A stretch of DNA of 64,000 nt from Octopus vulgaris (taxonomy: Eukaryota): the NCBI GenBank assembly GCA_951406725.2, contig OX597820.1, positions 49,662,001-49,726,000 of the forward strand. Reading direction: 5' to 3'. The stretch's first letter is position 1. Every line of letters starts with the position of its first letter. Shown here piece by piece: positions 14,131 to 27,239 of this stretch. The notes below the pieces were generated by a model. The model saw only the letters and a list, made by a program, of their open reading frames with translations, had not been told where the DNA came from and ran no database searches. Made by a program: the position numbers and the translations under genes.

Positions 14131-14630
14131 CCCAAACATAAACCTGGAAGTATATAATAATGCTACCGGATAGTATTGGATAATTCTGAGGGTCGACGAG
14201 CTTTATACTGTATGTATATATTATACTGTGGTGTGTGAGTATGATGTGCATGTTTGAGTGAGGTGATACCTAACATCTCATGCAAAATATTATATGATAA
14301 ATTTGTATCTACTTTTGAATATTCTTTTCTACTGTTATTCACATTAAGACTAATGTGTGCACATGTGTGAGTTATCGTTATTTCACTTACATTTAGCGTC
14401 GTTTAGACTCAATACTCTATGATCGAGCAAAACTGTGGACGATGAAGTCAAACTCTACTCGTGTGAATTCGTTCAGCACAAATGTGTCTGGCATTTTGTA
14501 CAAGGTACAAGTGCAGATTCTAACTCTTTTCTAACTTATTAACACACACTGGTAATTAACTAGGACCAGTGAAAACGTAGAGCAGCGGTGGTTGCTTACT
14601 ATGAAAAATCAAATAAAATTTCCCTATATA

Positions 14631-14792
14631 GGCGTAAGAGTGGCTGTGTGGTAAGTAGCTAGCTTACGAACCACATGGTTCCGGGTTCAGTCCCACCGCG
14701 TGGCACCTTGGGCAAGTGTCTTTTACTATAGCCTCGGGCCGACCAAAGCCTTATGAATGGATTTGGTAGACGGAAGCTGAAAGAAGCCTTTC

Positions 14793-14834
<42 letters not shown>

Positions 14835-15070
14835 GTGTGTGCGTGTGTGTGTGTGTGTGTGTTTGTGGGTCTGTGTTTGTCCTCCAACATCGCTTGACAA
14901 CCGATGCTGGTGTGTTTACGTCCCCATAACTTAGCGGTTCGGGAAAAAGAGACCGCTATAATAAGTACAAGGCTTACAAAGAATAATTTGTGGGGTCGAT
15001 TTGCTCGACTAAAGGCGGTGCTCCAGCATGGCCACAGTCAAATGACAGAAACAAGTAAAAGAGTAAAAAA
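14631..15070 (+). mobile_element. Full-length tRNA-derived CORE-like SINE with internal (TA)n(TG)n
   Basis: A box TGGCTGTGTGG, B-box-like GGTTCAGTCCC, CORE-like CACCTTGGGCAAGT, tail GGCGGTGCTCCAGCATGGCC..GAAACAAGTAAAAGAG. Confidence 0.9.
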
Positions 15071-16525
15071 TAGTATATACTGAGTTCATCAAGTTCTCAT
15101 GTGATACGAAACCCTAAGAAAAATGCTATAACAATGAATCTTATTCTCCTCATCATTCCACAAGAATGAGCAAAAAATATAAATGACACTCGTAAAATAA
15201 GTTTTCGAAATTGAGTGACTGTATTTCGCTCTATCCTCTGATCCATTTCAGCTGCTGAATTATTTCAGTAGCTAAAAGATTTGAGTGTGTGTGCGTGCGT
15301 GCGCGCATATATGTGTGTGTAAAGATACAGCTAAAATTTATCACTTTCTGTAACATATCTGGGACTAGTCTTTTCACAATCCAGCTCTTTCGAATGCTTT
15401 TCAGAGCAGTATTCGAACCTGACACTGCAAAGAATCGAAACACTCGTCACTTTTACTTTGTTGCTGCGACTTAAAGATTTAGCTTTGCTCCCTGGCTTTT
15501 ATATATCTTTATCATTATTAGCATTACTGGTGGACATTCCACGCTTAGTCTGAAAACTGTGAGATGGTTAGAATTTTATAGAAAGCCATGAAATATATGT
15601 ATATATTGAAACTTTTAAAAATATTTCATTCTTTAGATGGTATAGATATTCTCATTTGTAGTTCTGACTGTACAGTGTTAGATTTAATTTATTAAAGCTA
15701 TATACACTTGACACTTTTCCTCATTGAGAGTTGTTATTAATTTTCACTTTACGTTCAGAAGTAAACAATGTTAATTATGGAACGAAATCGAGGGCTTACT
15801 CTGTCTATAATATTAACTTGCTACAGTACGACTACGTTGATAAGATTTTACAAAATTCTAATACATTGGTTGACATTTATATTTTTATATCAGACTATAG
15901 TTTACTTGGTTAGACTTGAATTCAGAGGCTAGTAACAAATATATAAGCTAGCGGTGTCGTAACTTATCTCAATGTCTGAGGACAAATCAATTAACAAATA
16001 CATATTAATAAATCTATATTTTTAAAAAAAGGCATGAGAGCACAAAAACTTTCACTCGATGTGCTAGAAATTGTAACCAAATCTCTCTCCCTCTCTCATT
16101 TGACACCCTAAAAAGAAGCATCAAAATAAGTTGTTCTGCACGGGTAGAAAGTGTACATGAACGAGACATTACTCTTGGTTTGACTATAAGTCAATCAGGA
16201 GTGGTATGGGCTTAAAAAACTAAAACAAGAAAAATGACATTAGCAGCAAAGCGAGTTTATCAACTTATTTGTTCAACCTGCTAGGAAAATCAGCCAAATT
16301 TCTCCCAAATATCATTTGTCCAAGCGAAACATTCATGATGTGACAACTGGAGGGAGAAAGGGCTTCGCCGGTACTGGGTTCCTACTTTTGATATCGATCT
16401 CGTAAGAAGCAGACAGTACCATTTCAACAAAGAGGAAAGGACCAGAAAAATTACCGCAACGTATTCTATCGGACGCTTTATCGACTCTTTCATTCGACTG
16501 TCTAATAATGTTGTAATCTGAGGGT

Positions 16526-16735
16526 GGGGAACTAGCAGATTCGTTAGCACGCCGGAAAAAATGTTTAGTGGCATTTCGGCCGTACGTTGTGAGTTCAAAT
16601 TCCACTGAGGTCAACTCTGTCTTTCATCCGTTCGGGTCGATAAAATAGGTACCTATTGAGTATTGGTGTCAATGTAATCAACTTGCCTCCTTTCCCTGAA
16701 ACGCTAGCCTTTTGCCAAATTTTGAAATCAATAAT
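16526..16735 (+). mobile_element. SINE family A, diverged monomer
   Basis: GCAGATTCGTTAGCACGCCGG..GAGTTCAAATTCC..TTTCATCCGTTCGGGTCGATAAAAT. Confidence 0.8.
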
Positions 16736-16786
16736 ATAAGACAGTAAATGAATCTCTGCCTGTGTCGACAATGAGAAATCAGTTCT

Positions 16787-16970
16787 ATATTTAAGAGATG
16801 ACGAATTACGTACATTATTTTCATTTGACTGATATTTGTCCTCATCTTGTTAACACAACGTTTCGGTTGATATACCCTCCAGCCTTCATCAGGTGTCTTG
16901 GGGAAATTTCGAACCTGGGTTCTCATTCCTAAGGTATTTTTCGATGCTGTTATAATTATTATTATTATTA

Positions 16971-17066
<96 letters not shown>

Positions 17067-17147
17067 CCACGAGCATATGGTGTAGTGGTTAAGAGCGCGG
17101 GCTACTAACCCCAAGATTCCGTGTTCGATTCCAGGCAGTGACCTGAC

Positions 17148-17185
<38 letters not shown>

Positions 17186-17331
17186 CCGAAAAATACCTTA
17201 GGAATGAGAACCCAGGTTCGAAATTTCCCCAAGATACCTGATTAAGTCTGGAGGGTATAACAGCCAAAACGTTGTGTTAACAACGAACAAGATGAGGACA
17301 AATATCCGTCTAATGTAAATAATGTAAATGT
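16787..17331. mobile_element. Family B: tRNA-headed, hammerhead-tailed element in inverted configuration
   Basis: Minus-strand tail 16787-16950, (ATT)n, plus-strand tRNA-like head 17071-17145, (AAT)n, plus-strand tail 17183-17329. Flanked by the near-duplication TGAGAAATCA[G/A]TTCT (16772-16786, 17332-17346). Confidence 0.85.
16852..16897 (-). ncRNA. Minimal type I hammerhead ribozyme, family B
   Basis: Minus strand GACAC-CTGATGA-A-GGCTG(GAGGGTATAT)CAACC-GAAAC-GTT-GTGTT; other copies have CAGCC. Confidence 0.65.
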
Positions 17332-18630
17332 TGAGAAATCAATTCTTCAAGCAACTGAATTACCTATTGGATGAAATTTCACAGATCTGTATACTCTTAA
17401 CGCAAACCCGAGGTAGTATGATGTTTCATATAGTGTAGAACAAAGCTGGACCAGTGATTTATAAATGCAACCTACCCTACGGACTTCTGAATTGCGTTTA
17501 GGTAACTTTACTCACAAGACTGGGTCAAACCCTGTATTTGATGGAAGACACATACCCACGAATCTACGCAATGTGATTGAACCTAGAACCTCGTAATTGC
17601 AAAGAAAATATTCGGTGGTGGTTGAAGTCTTCGTGGTGATAGACAGAACGATAGCTACCTTGACTTCATTCGAACTGCCAATCCTCTTGATGGACAATTT
17701 GTTACACTACCTGCTTTCACAGTTGTTGCATATATTATATTTATAAGATATTTTCATAAAATATCTCGGCTAAATTCAAATGCACTTATTGACCCGTAAC
17801 CTGCTTTAATAACGAGCAATTTTTAGTTAATCCAGCTCACCTGGATTTATTAGTTCCTCCCTTTGTACTTTACTTATTTCTGTATTATTCTATAATTACC
17901 AACTTTAATTATCCTCAGTAATTTTACAATATTATATTTTGCACCGAGTGACCCTGCGTGTTTTTAATCTTTTGCCTCCAAACTCCACAATATGAAAAGA
18001 CAACGTCGCAGCCTGCATGTGGTCGTTTAGACTGCTAGAGACTACAGCCAAATCTCCCATCCCAAAATTCATACTCTACCGATTTGAAATAAAAGCTTAC
18101 AATGGAAAACCGTATGATAGATACAGTGTGTGAAAAATACAAAAGAAGAGATGGTCACAACTAGATTGTCTTATGAATGTAGAGTTTTTGAGTTAGCCTG
18201 TTGCTAATATCAACACTACCAACAATAATATCAACACTAGATAAAGAAATATAGTAAGTAAGGTCTTCTCAAGTTCTCGTGTACAGGAACGTGCTAAACA
18301 TCATCTTATACGAATATGTGTTCCATAGTATTCCTGAGAAAGAAGGACGAAAGTTCAGTATGCATTGCTTACAGTGTTTCTTACGTTATGTGACGCAGTT
18401 ACCGTTCAGAAAGAATAATTACATACTTGTATTTCGGACGACAAATCTGGACTTTTTCAGTAGGACTTTTGCAGTAAGGGATGTATATTTTTTCCAGTGA
18501 ATCCTTATTGAGCTGCATTAAAATATAAAATATATGAGACACAGTTGAATTGTTATATGATGGGTATTGATGTAGCATAAAGTTGATGTATAACTATAGG
18601 TAAGTGGAAAGTTGCAGTTAATAAGATATA

Positions 18631-19102
18631 TTCTTTTCTACTCTGGGCACAAGGCCCAACATTTTGGGGGAGTGGGGGAGAGTCGATTAGATCGACCCCA
18701 GTACGCAACTGGTACTTAATTTACAATATTAACTCCAAGATTCCGAGTTCTATTTCAGGCAGTGATCTCAATAATAATAATAATAATAATAATAACAACA
18801 ACAACAACAACAACAACATCGAAAAATACCTTAGGAATGAGAACCCAGGTTCGAAATTTACCCAAGACACCTGATGAGGACTGGAGGGTAAATCAGCCGA
18901 AATGTTGTGTTAACAACAAACAAGATGAGGACAAATATCCGTCAACTGTAAGTAATGTAAATAGTGGTACTTAATTTATCGACCCCGAAGGGATGAAAGG
19001 CAATGTCGACCTCGGCGGAATTTGAACTCAGGACGTAAAGACAGATGAAATACCGCAAAGCATTTCGCCCGGCGTGCTATCGTTTCTGCCATCTTGCCAC
19101 CT
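18631..19102 (-). mobile_element. SINE family A interrupted by a family B insertion
   Basis: 3' part at 18631-18723 and 5' part at 18965-19102 join seamlessly once the insert is removed. Confidence 0.85.
18724..18964 (+). mobile_element. Family B, 5'-truncated, with 14-bp TSD
   Basis: TGGTACTTAATTTA at 18710-18723 and 18965-18978; partial tRNA head, (AAT/AAC)n, hammerhead motif at 18866-18911. Confidence 0.9.
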
Positions 19103-19813
19103 TAATAAGATTTTATATTGTCGAGAATTATAGGCGTTACAAGAAAGCTGTAGACTAAAGCATTATCGAATCCATAACAAGTGGACAAAACCTTATTTAT
19201 AGGTTTTCAAAAAGCAGTTCCAGTAGGCATTTCACAATTAAATAATTAGTGACGACAGTAAACTATAGTTGAAGAGATTTTCACAGTGGAGATAATTGTA
19301 TATCTCAGTTGGTTTGTTGAGTGATTCGTTTAACCATTATGTTCTGACGATCTGATGAGCTACCTTCCTTTATCTGCAGTGATTTCTGGATATACAATTG
19401 TATTATATAATGCGTAGCATGCATATTAGTGCAAACATGTAAATATAATTTATTATACACATAAATTATTATTGCATGAAGAGGCTGTGAAACGGTTACA
19501 ATCCTACGGATAACCTGCGGTTAAACAACTACATTCACCTCTCAAACCTCCTGACATTTTATGGTTTAAATATTCGTCACGAAATATTTCTATCGACTGG
19601 ATCTGGATCTCAGTCGCATGGAACTCTGCATTATACTGTTCTATATTTCAATACTATGTGGTCTGCTAGGCGAGGCTGCGAGAGAAATTCTCTGTGATAG
19701 ACACACGGTTCTCTGAATCCACATATTACTCTACAAATATATGTATGTATGTACGTATGTGTATATACATACATATAGATACATAGAGAGATAGAGTTGA
19801 ATAGAGACATACA

Positions 19814-19854
<41 letters not shown>

Positions 19855-19859
19855 GTGTG

Positions 19860-19941
<82 letters not shown>

Positions 19942-20339
19942 GGGGTTTTAGTTCTGAGGTAATCTATACCACTAAGTACGCTAGGTAAGTGCTGTAACGG
20001 ATTACTAGGGCTCAAAAGTTATAGCCGAGATGGTAGTTATGGACCCATTGCAGAATTCCGATGCAGCGGATATATAATTGTTAAAGAGGACAATAGATAA
20101 TAACAATTCAAAGTAAATAACTCTGCAAAGGGCTTTTGTGCGTTCCCAGAAAACATAACCCTTAGGAGCGCTAGTGTTGAAATAGATTTACAATAAATGT
20201 AGAAAGGGCCTGACATTTAGTTTTACTGTAGACATACACATGAATTTGCATACGGATTTTAAAATAAAATGATATGTAGATTATCAATACATTTACATCA
20301 CTTACAAATATTACAGTTAAATACTAAATATCCGATGAT

Positions 20340-22790
20340 TTGGTGGTTGTTATAAAGTTTTCAGAGCTTCTTGGTAAACAGCATTTTAGGTCTTTCCTTG
20401 AGGGGCATAAATAAACAAATAATTAGGATTGCCGACTCTTGAGCATCCATATAAAGTTGGCCTTGAGAGAGGACTGGTTCCGCAAGGTTCGGACATACCA
20501 CATCCAAAGAGTGCCCCTGGGCAATGTTAATGCTCATTGCAAAGCTCAGTTTCAACGGGAATTGCAGGCTCTTGTACCGGAAAGGCATATCCGAGGAAAT
20601 AAGTAGAATTCTAGGAATGAATACAGGTTAATTGCTTGCTTCAGCAGTCAAATTTGTTGTCTCCAAAACTGTTGGCATCACCTTCTTTATTAGGAGTCGT
20701 ATGCCATTGCAAAACTTTGGTGGATCGAAGTTTCGAACCAGCATAACTAGTGCTCAAATCTTGAGGTGGAAGTTGTGAGGTGGTGTTAGACTATTCAGGA
20801 ATTCAACTGGATAATTCACAGCTTCATCGAAGTGTGATCTTCAGATCATCAACTGCCACATTCTTTCGAGCAAAAATGGCACTGGTTTTCAGGAAGTTGT
20901 GGTCTGTAAACTGATTCCTTGGGTTAGGAAACACCTTATTCATTAGTTCCTTTAAATCATATACCGTATGTCCAAAAGGCAAGCTTACATTCTCGTCAAC
21001 TGAAGTGCCATTACCGACGTCCAACAGTTGCTTTGAAAAGGTTCTGTCTCTGCATTATCACCACTGAGCTGCAATATCATGGTGGTTGTGATATTCAGTT
21101 TTTTGCACACTACTCCACAGGTAGGACGACTTTATGCTGGCATTTACTTCATTATCTCTTGTCCCCTTTGAAATCAGTCTACTGCAAACAAAGCTGTGGC
21201 TCTTTCCATGAGCCTGGTTTTGTGTCTCAGATCCTGAAGGGCCATGTCAAGAGCTTTAAAGGAAACCTTATGGTTCATCATCGCCTCATCCCAGATTATC
21301 AACCTGCATTCACCCTGAAGTTTGATCTTTATAGAACCACGACTGATTTTGCAGTTTGCCTTCTCTTTCTTAGACAGGTCCAAAGGGAGTTTGAAACAGG
21401 AATGAGCTGTGCAATCATCACTTAGCAGAGTTGCAGCTATTCCACTTGACGCCACTGCTATGGCAATGTGTTTCGTTTCGGGAGTTTAGCCAGAAGAAGG
21501 TTGATGACAAATATCTTGCCAGTTCAACCTGGGGCATTCAGAAATAAAAGGCCTCTTTCTTCACTTTCAATGCTCGAAATAATGATATTATAAACACCCA
21601 GTTTGTGTTCGTTATCAGCTATAAATGCCATCATTTTCTCGATGTCATAACTGATTACGCAATTGCGAGATCGTTTGCTACCTGCTCCGATTGAGGCAGA
21701 CCAAATGTGGCAATGCCTTGACCGCACATAGCTTACACTCGGGTGTCCAGGTCAAGTAATGCCTCAGTGTAAATAGCGTTATTGAACGTGACAATATCCT
21801 GTGTGGTTTCCCTTTGAATCCCTTGTAGGATGTCCTCTGACATGCTGGTTTTGTGAGTTGCTCAGAGCTTGAGAGGATCACCTAAGCCACATGACATCAA
21901 CATGATAGCAAATAGCTGGCGCAGTTGACTTGGTGCACTGCTGACTGCTGCCTCTCCCAGTGTCCGCTCCTAGTGAGCATCGTCCTCCAGTAGTCCATGT
22001 TTGGCGAAGGCTTCTCAGTAGGTTGTGCAGACTTCCCCACTGCGTCTTCGTAGGTCTGACAGTGTGCAGCAGTAGACGCAGAAACAGGCACTCCTGCTGA
22101 TTAGGGCGCACAATGTAAACCCAACTGATAGCCCCACTTCTGAAGACAAAATGTTATTCCCATCCTTCAATACGTGCTTCTTGCTTGCGTCTGTTCCATC
22201 TATTTTGTGCCCAGAGGAACTTCAACATTCAACAGTGATCAACATTCAACAGATCACATAGGCATAATTTGAAGAAAGCTTTGAAAGTGGTTTCTAATGG
22301 ATTCAGAACTACGTTTCGAGCATTGTCTTCTGTGAAATATAAAAGCTGGCCATTTTCAAAACGTACAGATAGATTCACCACTGTTGGATACCGCTCGTGG
22401 ATTTCGAAACCCAGGATGTGCCACATCGCCTCGTTAGAGAAAATATAGCTGCCCAACTTATATTGCTGAATTTCATCTGCCCTCCTGTTCAAGTCCAAAA
22501 ACCGCCATATCTGAGCCCTTATTGATGTATTTACATACATATTTAATACATTTTATAGAGTTGCATGACTCAACATTAACACGGGCTGCAATGTTTTAGA
22601 CAAGAATGGGTTCTATGGTACGATCCACCTGTTGTTAATTTCCATTTCTTGACCATTAACTTTGAGCTTGTTAGTTTTTCCAGCTTCTGGTTTTCGGCGC
22701 CTGTAGGGTAAAGGTCGTGTCCTGTACATTTCTCGTGGATAAATTCCCTGGGAAACCGTTTGATGCAAAGGAACATGAATGGGTTATTTC
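20340..22790 (-). mobile_element. Decayed Helitron Rep/Pif1-helicase coding region
   Basis: Fragments CIKRFPREF, DEIQQY..EAMWHILGFEIHERYPTVVNLSV, LFLRLLLHTVR, Walker A LFLNAPG*TGK, ASSGIAATLL..TAHSCFKLP, LIIWDEAMM, LQFPLKLSFAMSINIAQGHSL..PVLSQGQLY; many stops and frameshifts. Confidence 0.92.
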
Positions 22791-22819
22791 CTTTGGCTGT
22801 CGAACAGATCGTCCCAATA

Positions 22820-23112
22820 TTTCTTATTTCCTGGTTTAATACTTAATCTATCTCTTTTGCCGAGTCACTATGTTACGGTGTTTGTTTATGGGAGCATAAA
22901 CAAACAAACACCTGCTGTTGTCAAGCGGTGACAGGGGACAAATGCACACACACACACATACACGATGGGCTTCTTTCAGTTTCCGTACACCAAATCCACT
23001 CACAAGGCTTTGGTTGGCCCGGTGTTATAGTAGAACGCACTTACCCAGGCTGCTAAGCAGTGGGACTGAACCTGGAAGCATGTGGTTGGAAAGCAAAGCT
23101 CTTGCCATACAA
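22820..23112 (-). mobile_element. CORE-like SINE
   Basis: GGGCTTCTTTCAGTTTCCGT..CCAAATCCACTCACAAGGCTTTGGTTGGCCCG..GTGGGACTGAACC. Confidence 0.8.
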
Positions 23113-23765
23113 ATATGAATTTATCTTCGCATTCTTTCAGCGATGAGTTTACCCAGATTACTTCCTTGATTTAATATTGTAACATGATCTATTACATATT
23201 AAGACAATCCTTTCAGTACACCGCATTTAATTAGAACTTCAATCGTTTTAGACTAGTTTAACATGATTTGCCCTCCCATTTTATTTAATCGTCGCAGCTT
23301 AGAACTCATAACCATTTAATATAAATTTAGTTTTGTCTTACATAACTGTCGCTTTCCTCCGACATAAAACACCACACTACACAAATCATCTTTAGAATTA
23401 TTCGTGTTAACACCCTTATTTAATTCAATTAACAGCACCATGTGAGTCTATCATTTGGTTCAAATAACAGGTTCCGTTCCTAATTAATTTCCATTTATGC
23501 CCCTTCTAACAATCATAGATTTTAATCGTTATCTTAATTGACTGAAGCCTTTGTTTATGATTTTATGTAAATTTTTAATTAATAACTCGCTTTTCTATGC
23601 ATTTACATCATCTCGACTGCATTTTTTTCTTTGAATCATGATTGTTCCCCAAGGAACAGTTCCTTCTCTCCTCCTCCTCCTCCTCCTCCGCCTCCGCCGC
23701 CTCCTTCTCCTCCGCCGCCGTCGCCTCATTCTCCTCCACATCATCACGATCATTATTATTATTAA

Positions 23766-24168
23766 GGCAGCGAGCTGGCAGAACCGTTAGCACGCAGGGC
23801 GAAATGCGTAGCCGTATTTCGTCTGCCGTTACGTTCTGAGTTCAAATTCCGCCGAGGTCGACTTTGCCTTTCATCCTTTCGGGGTCGATTAAATAAGTAC
23901 CAGTTACGCACTGGAGTCGATGCAATCGACTTAATCCGTTTGTCTGTCCTTGTTTATCCTCTCTGTGTTTAGCCCCTTGTGGGTAGTAAAGAAATAGGTA
24001 TTTTGTTTGCCGCTACGTTCTGAGTTCAAGTTCCGCCGAGGTCGACTTTGCCTTTCATCCTTTCATGGTCGATAAATTATGTACCAGTGGAACACGAGTC
24101 GATGTAATCGACTATCCACCACCCCCAAATTTCAGGCCTTGTGCCTATATTGTGCCTATAGTAGAAAG

Positions 24169-24170
<2 letters not shown>
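23766..24170 (+). mobile_element. SINE family A tandem dimer (184-bp period)
   Basis: Units start at 23813 and 23997; first unit ends AGCCCCTTGTGGGTAGTAAAGAAATA, second has the alternative tail AAATTTCAGGCCTTGTGCC. Confidence 0.9.
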
Positions 24171-24204
<34 letters not shown>

Positions 24205-24205
<1 letters not shown>

Positions 24206-24595
24206 GCGGGGAGTTGACAGAATCGTCAGCCCGCCGTGTGAAATGCTTAGCAGGATTTCGTCCGCTTTTACATTCTGAGGGCCTGTAGTAGAAATAATGC
24301 TTTCTCTATAAGCACGAGGCCTGGAATTTTGAAAGAATGAGGACCGTTGATTGCATTGACCGCAGTGCTTATCCTGTCAAAGTTCTACATTCATAAATGT
24401 TATAATTTCTGTTTTGATTCATCTAAATATTTCTCTCAGTACTTTATACTCTGAGTTCAAAAATCTGACTGAGTTCAACTTTGCCCTTTATCTTTTTGAG
24501 GGTCGATACAGTAATGCATCTCTAGTATTGCAGTCGAAGTGTCTACTAATTCCTTGTTTCAAAACTACTGGCCTTTTGCCAAAATCAGAAACAAA
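24205..24595. mobile_element. Degenerate SINE family A fragments
   Basis: Head at 24205-24280, inverted tail at 24300-24370, body at 24445-24590. Confidence 0.5.
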
Positions 24596-25560
24596 AACAT
24601 CGTTTTATCTAATTTCTAGTTCTTCATAACTTTGATTTCTTATGTTAAATATTCTACTCTACCATCGATTCCATTCCATAGTTAAGATTACTAAAGCGAA
24701 ACACTGTAAAAGCATATGGCAAAACGTCGAATAATATTATAGATTATTCTCATTTCATCTTATCATGAAATGAACCATATTTTTATATCATAATTTCTAT
24801 GGTTAATTTCTTCCACTAACAATAATATGTTGCAACTGACACAATGAACTAAAACCCTTGTTTCCAGTTTCTTTAATTTTTCTGTAAGATTCAAAAAACA
24901 TTTTGCAATTACCTTTCTTATCACTCTTATTTACTGCCCTTGTCATCAATATATATCTCTTATACATTTTCAAATGAGTTTCTCAATCCCTAATCTTCGA
25001 TTATTCTTCGTTACATTAAGATCCACATCGTCCTATCACTTTTAATTTATTCCTTACTAATTAACGAATCATATTTTCAAACACCGCTTTATTACCAAAT
25101 AAGGTAACTTTGTAATAAAGCAGTGTTTTAATACGTAATTCGCCTATTGTCTCCATTTTCTATGCTACAGATTTTCAAATGGTCGACGGCTATATTTCCC
25201 ATTGGTTTTCACATAATAAACTGCATAACTTAGACATTTACATCCTTCATATTGTTCTTTGATTTGTTTACTGAAACAAACAAGGTTTTGTAAGACCATT
25301 CTCTATCAAATTAAAATTCCAATCCAACACTCCATATATTGAGTATTATTTATTGATTGTGTTTAACATTGTTACTAACCGACACATTTTTATATATGCC
25401 TTTTCTACGAACACCATCCACTTTTTCAATCCGAAGGGATTTTTAAAACAATATTTAAGCGCTAATATTTATAGCTTTATTGCTTCGAGTTTTACCATAA
25501 CAAAACAGAAATAACAAACGAACACACACGCACCCCCCACATACATACATAAATATATAT

Positions 25561-25747
25561 GCGCAAGAGTAACTGTATGGTAAGTAGCTTGCTTATCAAC
25601 AACATGGTCCCGAGTTCAGTCCCACTGCGTGGCACCTTGGGCAAGTGACTTTTACTATAGCCTCGGGTCGACCAAATCCTTATGAGTGGATTCGGTAGAC
25701 GGAAACTGGAAGAAGCCCGTCGTATATTTATATATATATATATATGT

Positions 25748-25784
<37 letters not shown>

Positions 25785-25995
25785 TGTGTTTGTGTTTGTG
25801 TGTCTGTTTGTCCCCACCCCCAGCATTGCTGGTTTATTTACGTCCCTGCAAGCTAGCGGTTCGGCAAAAGAGACCGATAGAATAAGTACTTGGCTTACAA
25901 AGAATAAGCTCTGGGGTCGATTTGCTCGACTATAATGGCGGTGCTCCAGCATGGCCGTAGTCAAATGACTGAAACAAGTCAAACAGTAAAAGAGT
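25561..25995 (+). mobile_element. Full-length CORE-like SINE
   Basis: Colinear with 14631-15070. Confidence 0.9.
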
Positions 25996-26223
25996 ATGCA
26001 CACACACACACATATACATTTACATGCACACAGACGCAAACACAGACATACATATACATGTATATGTAGATATGTACACACGCATATGTGTGCATGTGGT
26101 ACCAATCTGAGTACAGATTGACAGATTGAGGTCCGGTGTGTATTTCTATATGAATATTCGTTACGCTTCCTTTGTTGAATGAGAAAGCTGTACTAGAACT
26201 CGACTGATACTCATTGTAGTAAC

Positions 26224-26638
26224 TTATTTCTTTATTGCTCGCAAGGGGCGAAACATAGAGGGGACATATAAGGAGAGACAAGGGGATAAAGTCGACTAGA
26301 TCGACCTCAGTGCGTAACTGGTACTTAGTTTGTTTACCCCGAAAGGATGAAAGGCAAAGTCGACCTCAGCGGAATTTGAACTCAGAACGTAACGGCAAAC
26401 AAAATACCTATTTCTTTACTACCCACAAGGGGCTAAACACAGAGGACAAACAAGGACAGATAAACGGATTAAGTCGATTATATCGACCTCAGTGCGTAAC
26501 TGGTACTTATTTAATCGACCCCGAAAGGATGAAAGGCAAAGTCGACCTCGGCGGAATTTGAACTCAGAACGTAGCGACAGACGAAATACCACCAAGCATT
26601 TTGCCCAGCGTGCTAACAGTTCTGCCAGCTCGTTGCCT
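26224..26638 (-). mobile_element. SINE family A tandem dimer, both units with AATAAAGAAATA-type tail
   Basis: Reverse complement of the 58430-58981 units. Confidence 0.9.
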
Positions 26639-27239
26639 TATTCTCCATGTAGTAACGTGAATCACTCTGTTTGTTCAAAGATATAACGCGCTGTCCTGTG
26701 CAGCAATCGAAAATACAACCCAACGCACTTAGAAATAGATCACCTGTCTTCATTCTGACTGTGGTGTGAGACTGAACTACATTTATTACATGCATATTTA
26801 TTAGAGTTAGATGAATTGTGTAAAAGACTGTAAGCTAAGACAGTACCAGCTTGATAACTAGTCTCACACCGTTTCGTAATAATTATCTGAAATGTTTGGT
26901 GGAATATGACCTAAGGATGAGTCAAATTTATGTCATTCGTGTCTGAATGAACAAAGATTAAAACAATCAGGATATGATTTGCATTCGGGTAACGTTATTA
27001 AGGATGAATGAACCTGCCAAGACATCTCCAACGACTAAAGCACACGCCTTCGCAATGTGAGCATGAGTGTATATGTATATAAGTACATACATATATGCGT
27101 ACGTTCGTGCGTATGTATGCATGTATGTATGTATGTATGTATGTATGTATGTATGTATGTATGTATGTATGTATGTATGTATGTATGTATGTATGTATGT
27201 ATGTATGTATGTATGTATTGAGCTTTATTTCACGATTTC

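Noticed and set aside
17071-17145. Functional tRNA gene (also 28195-28267)
   Set aside because: Acceptor stem is not paired, no poly-T terminator follows, and the sequence continues into a repeated SINE body.
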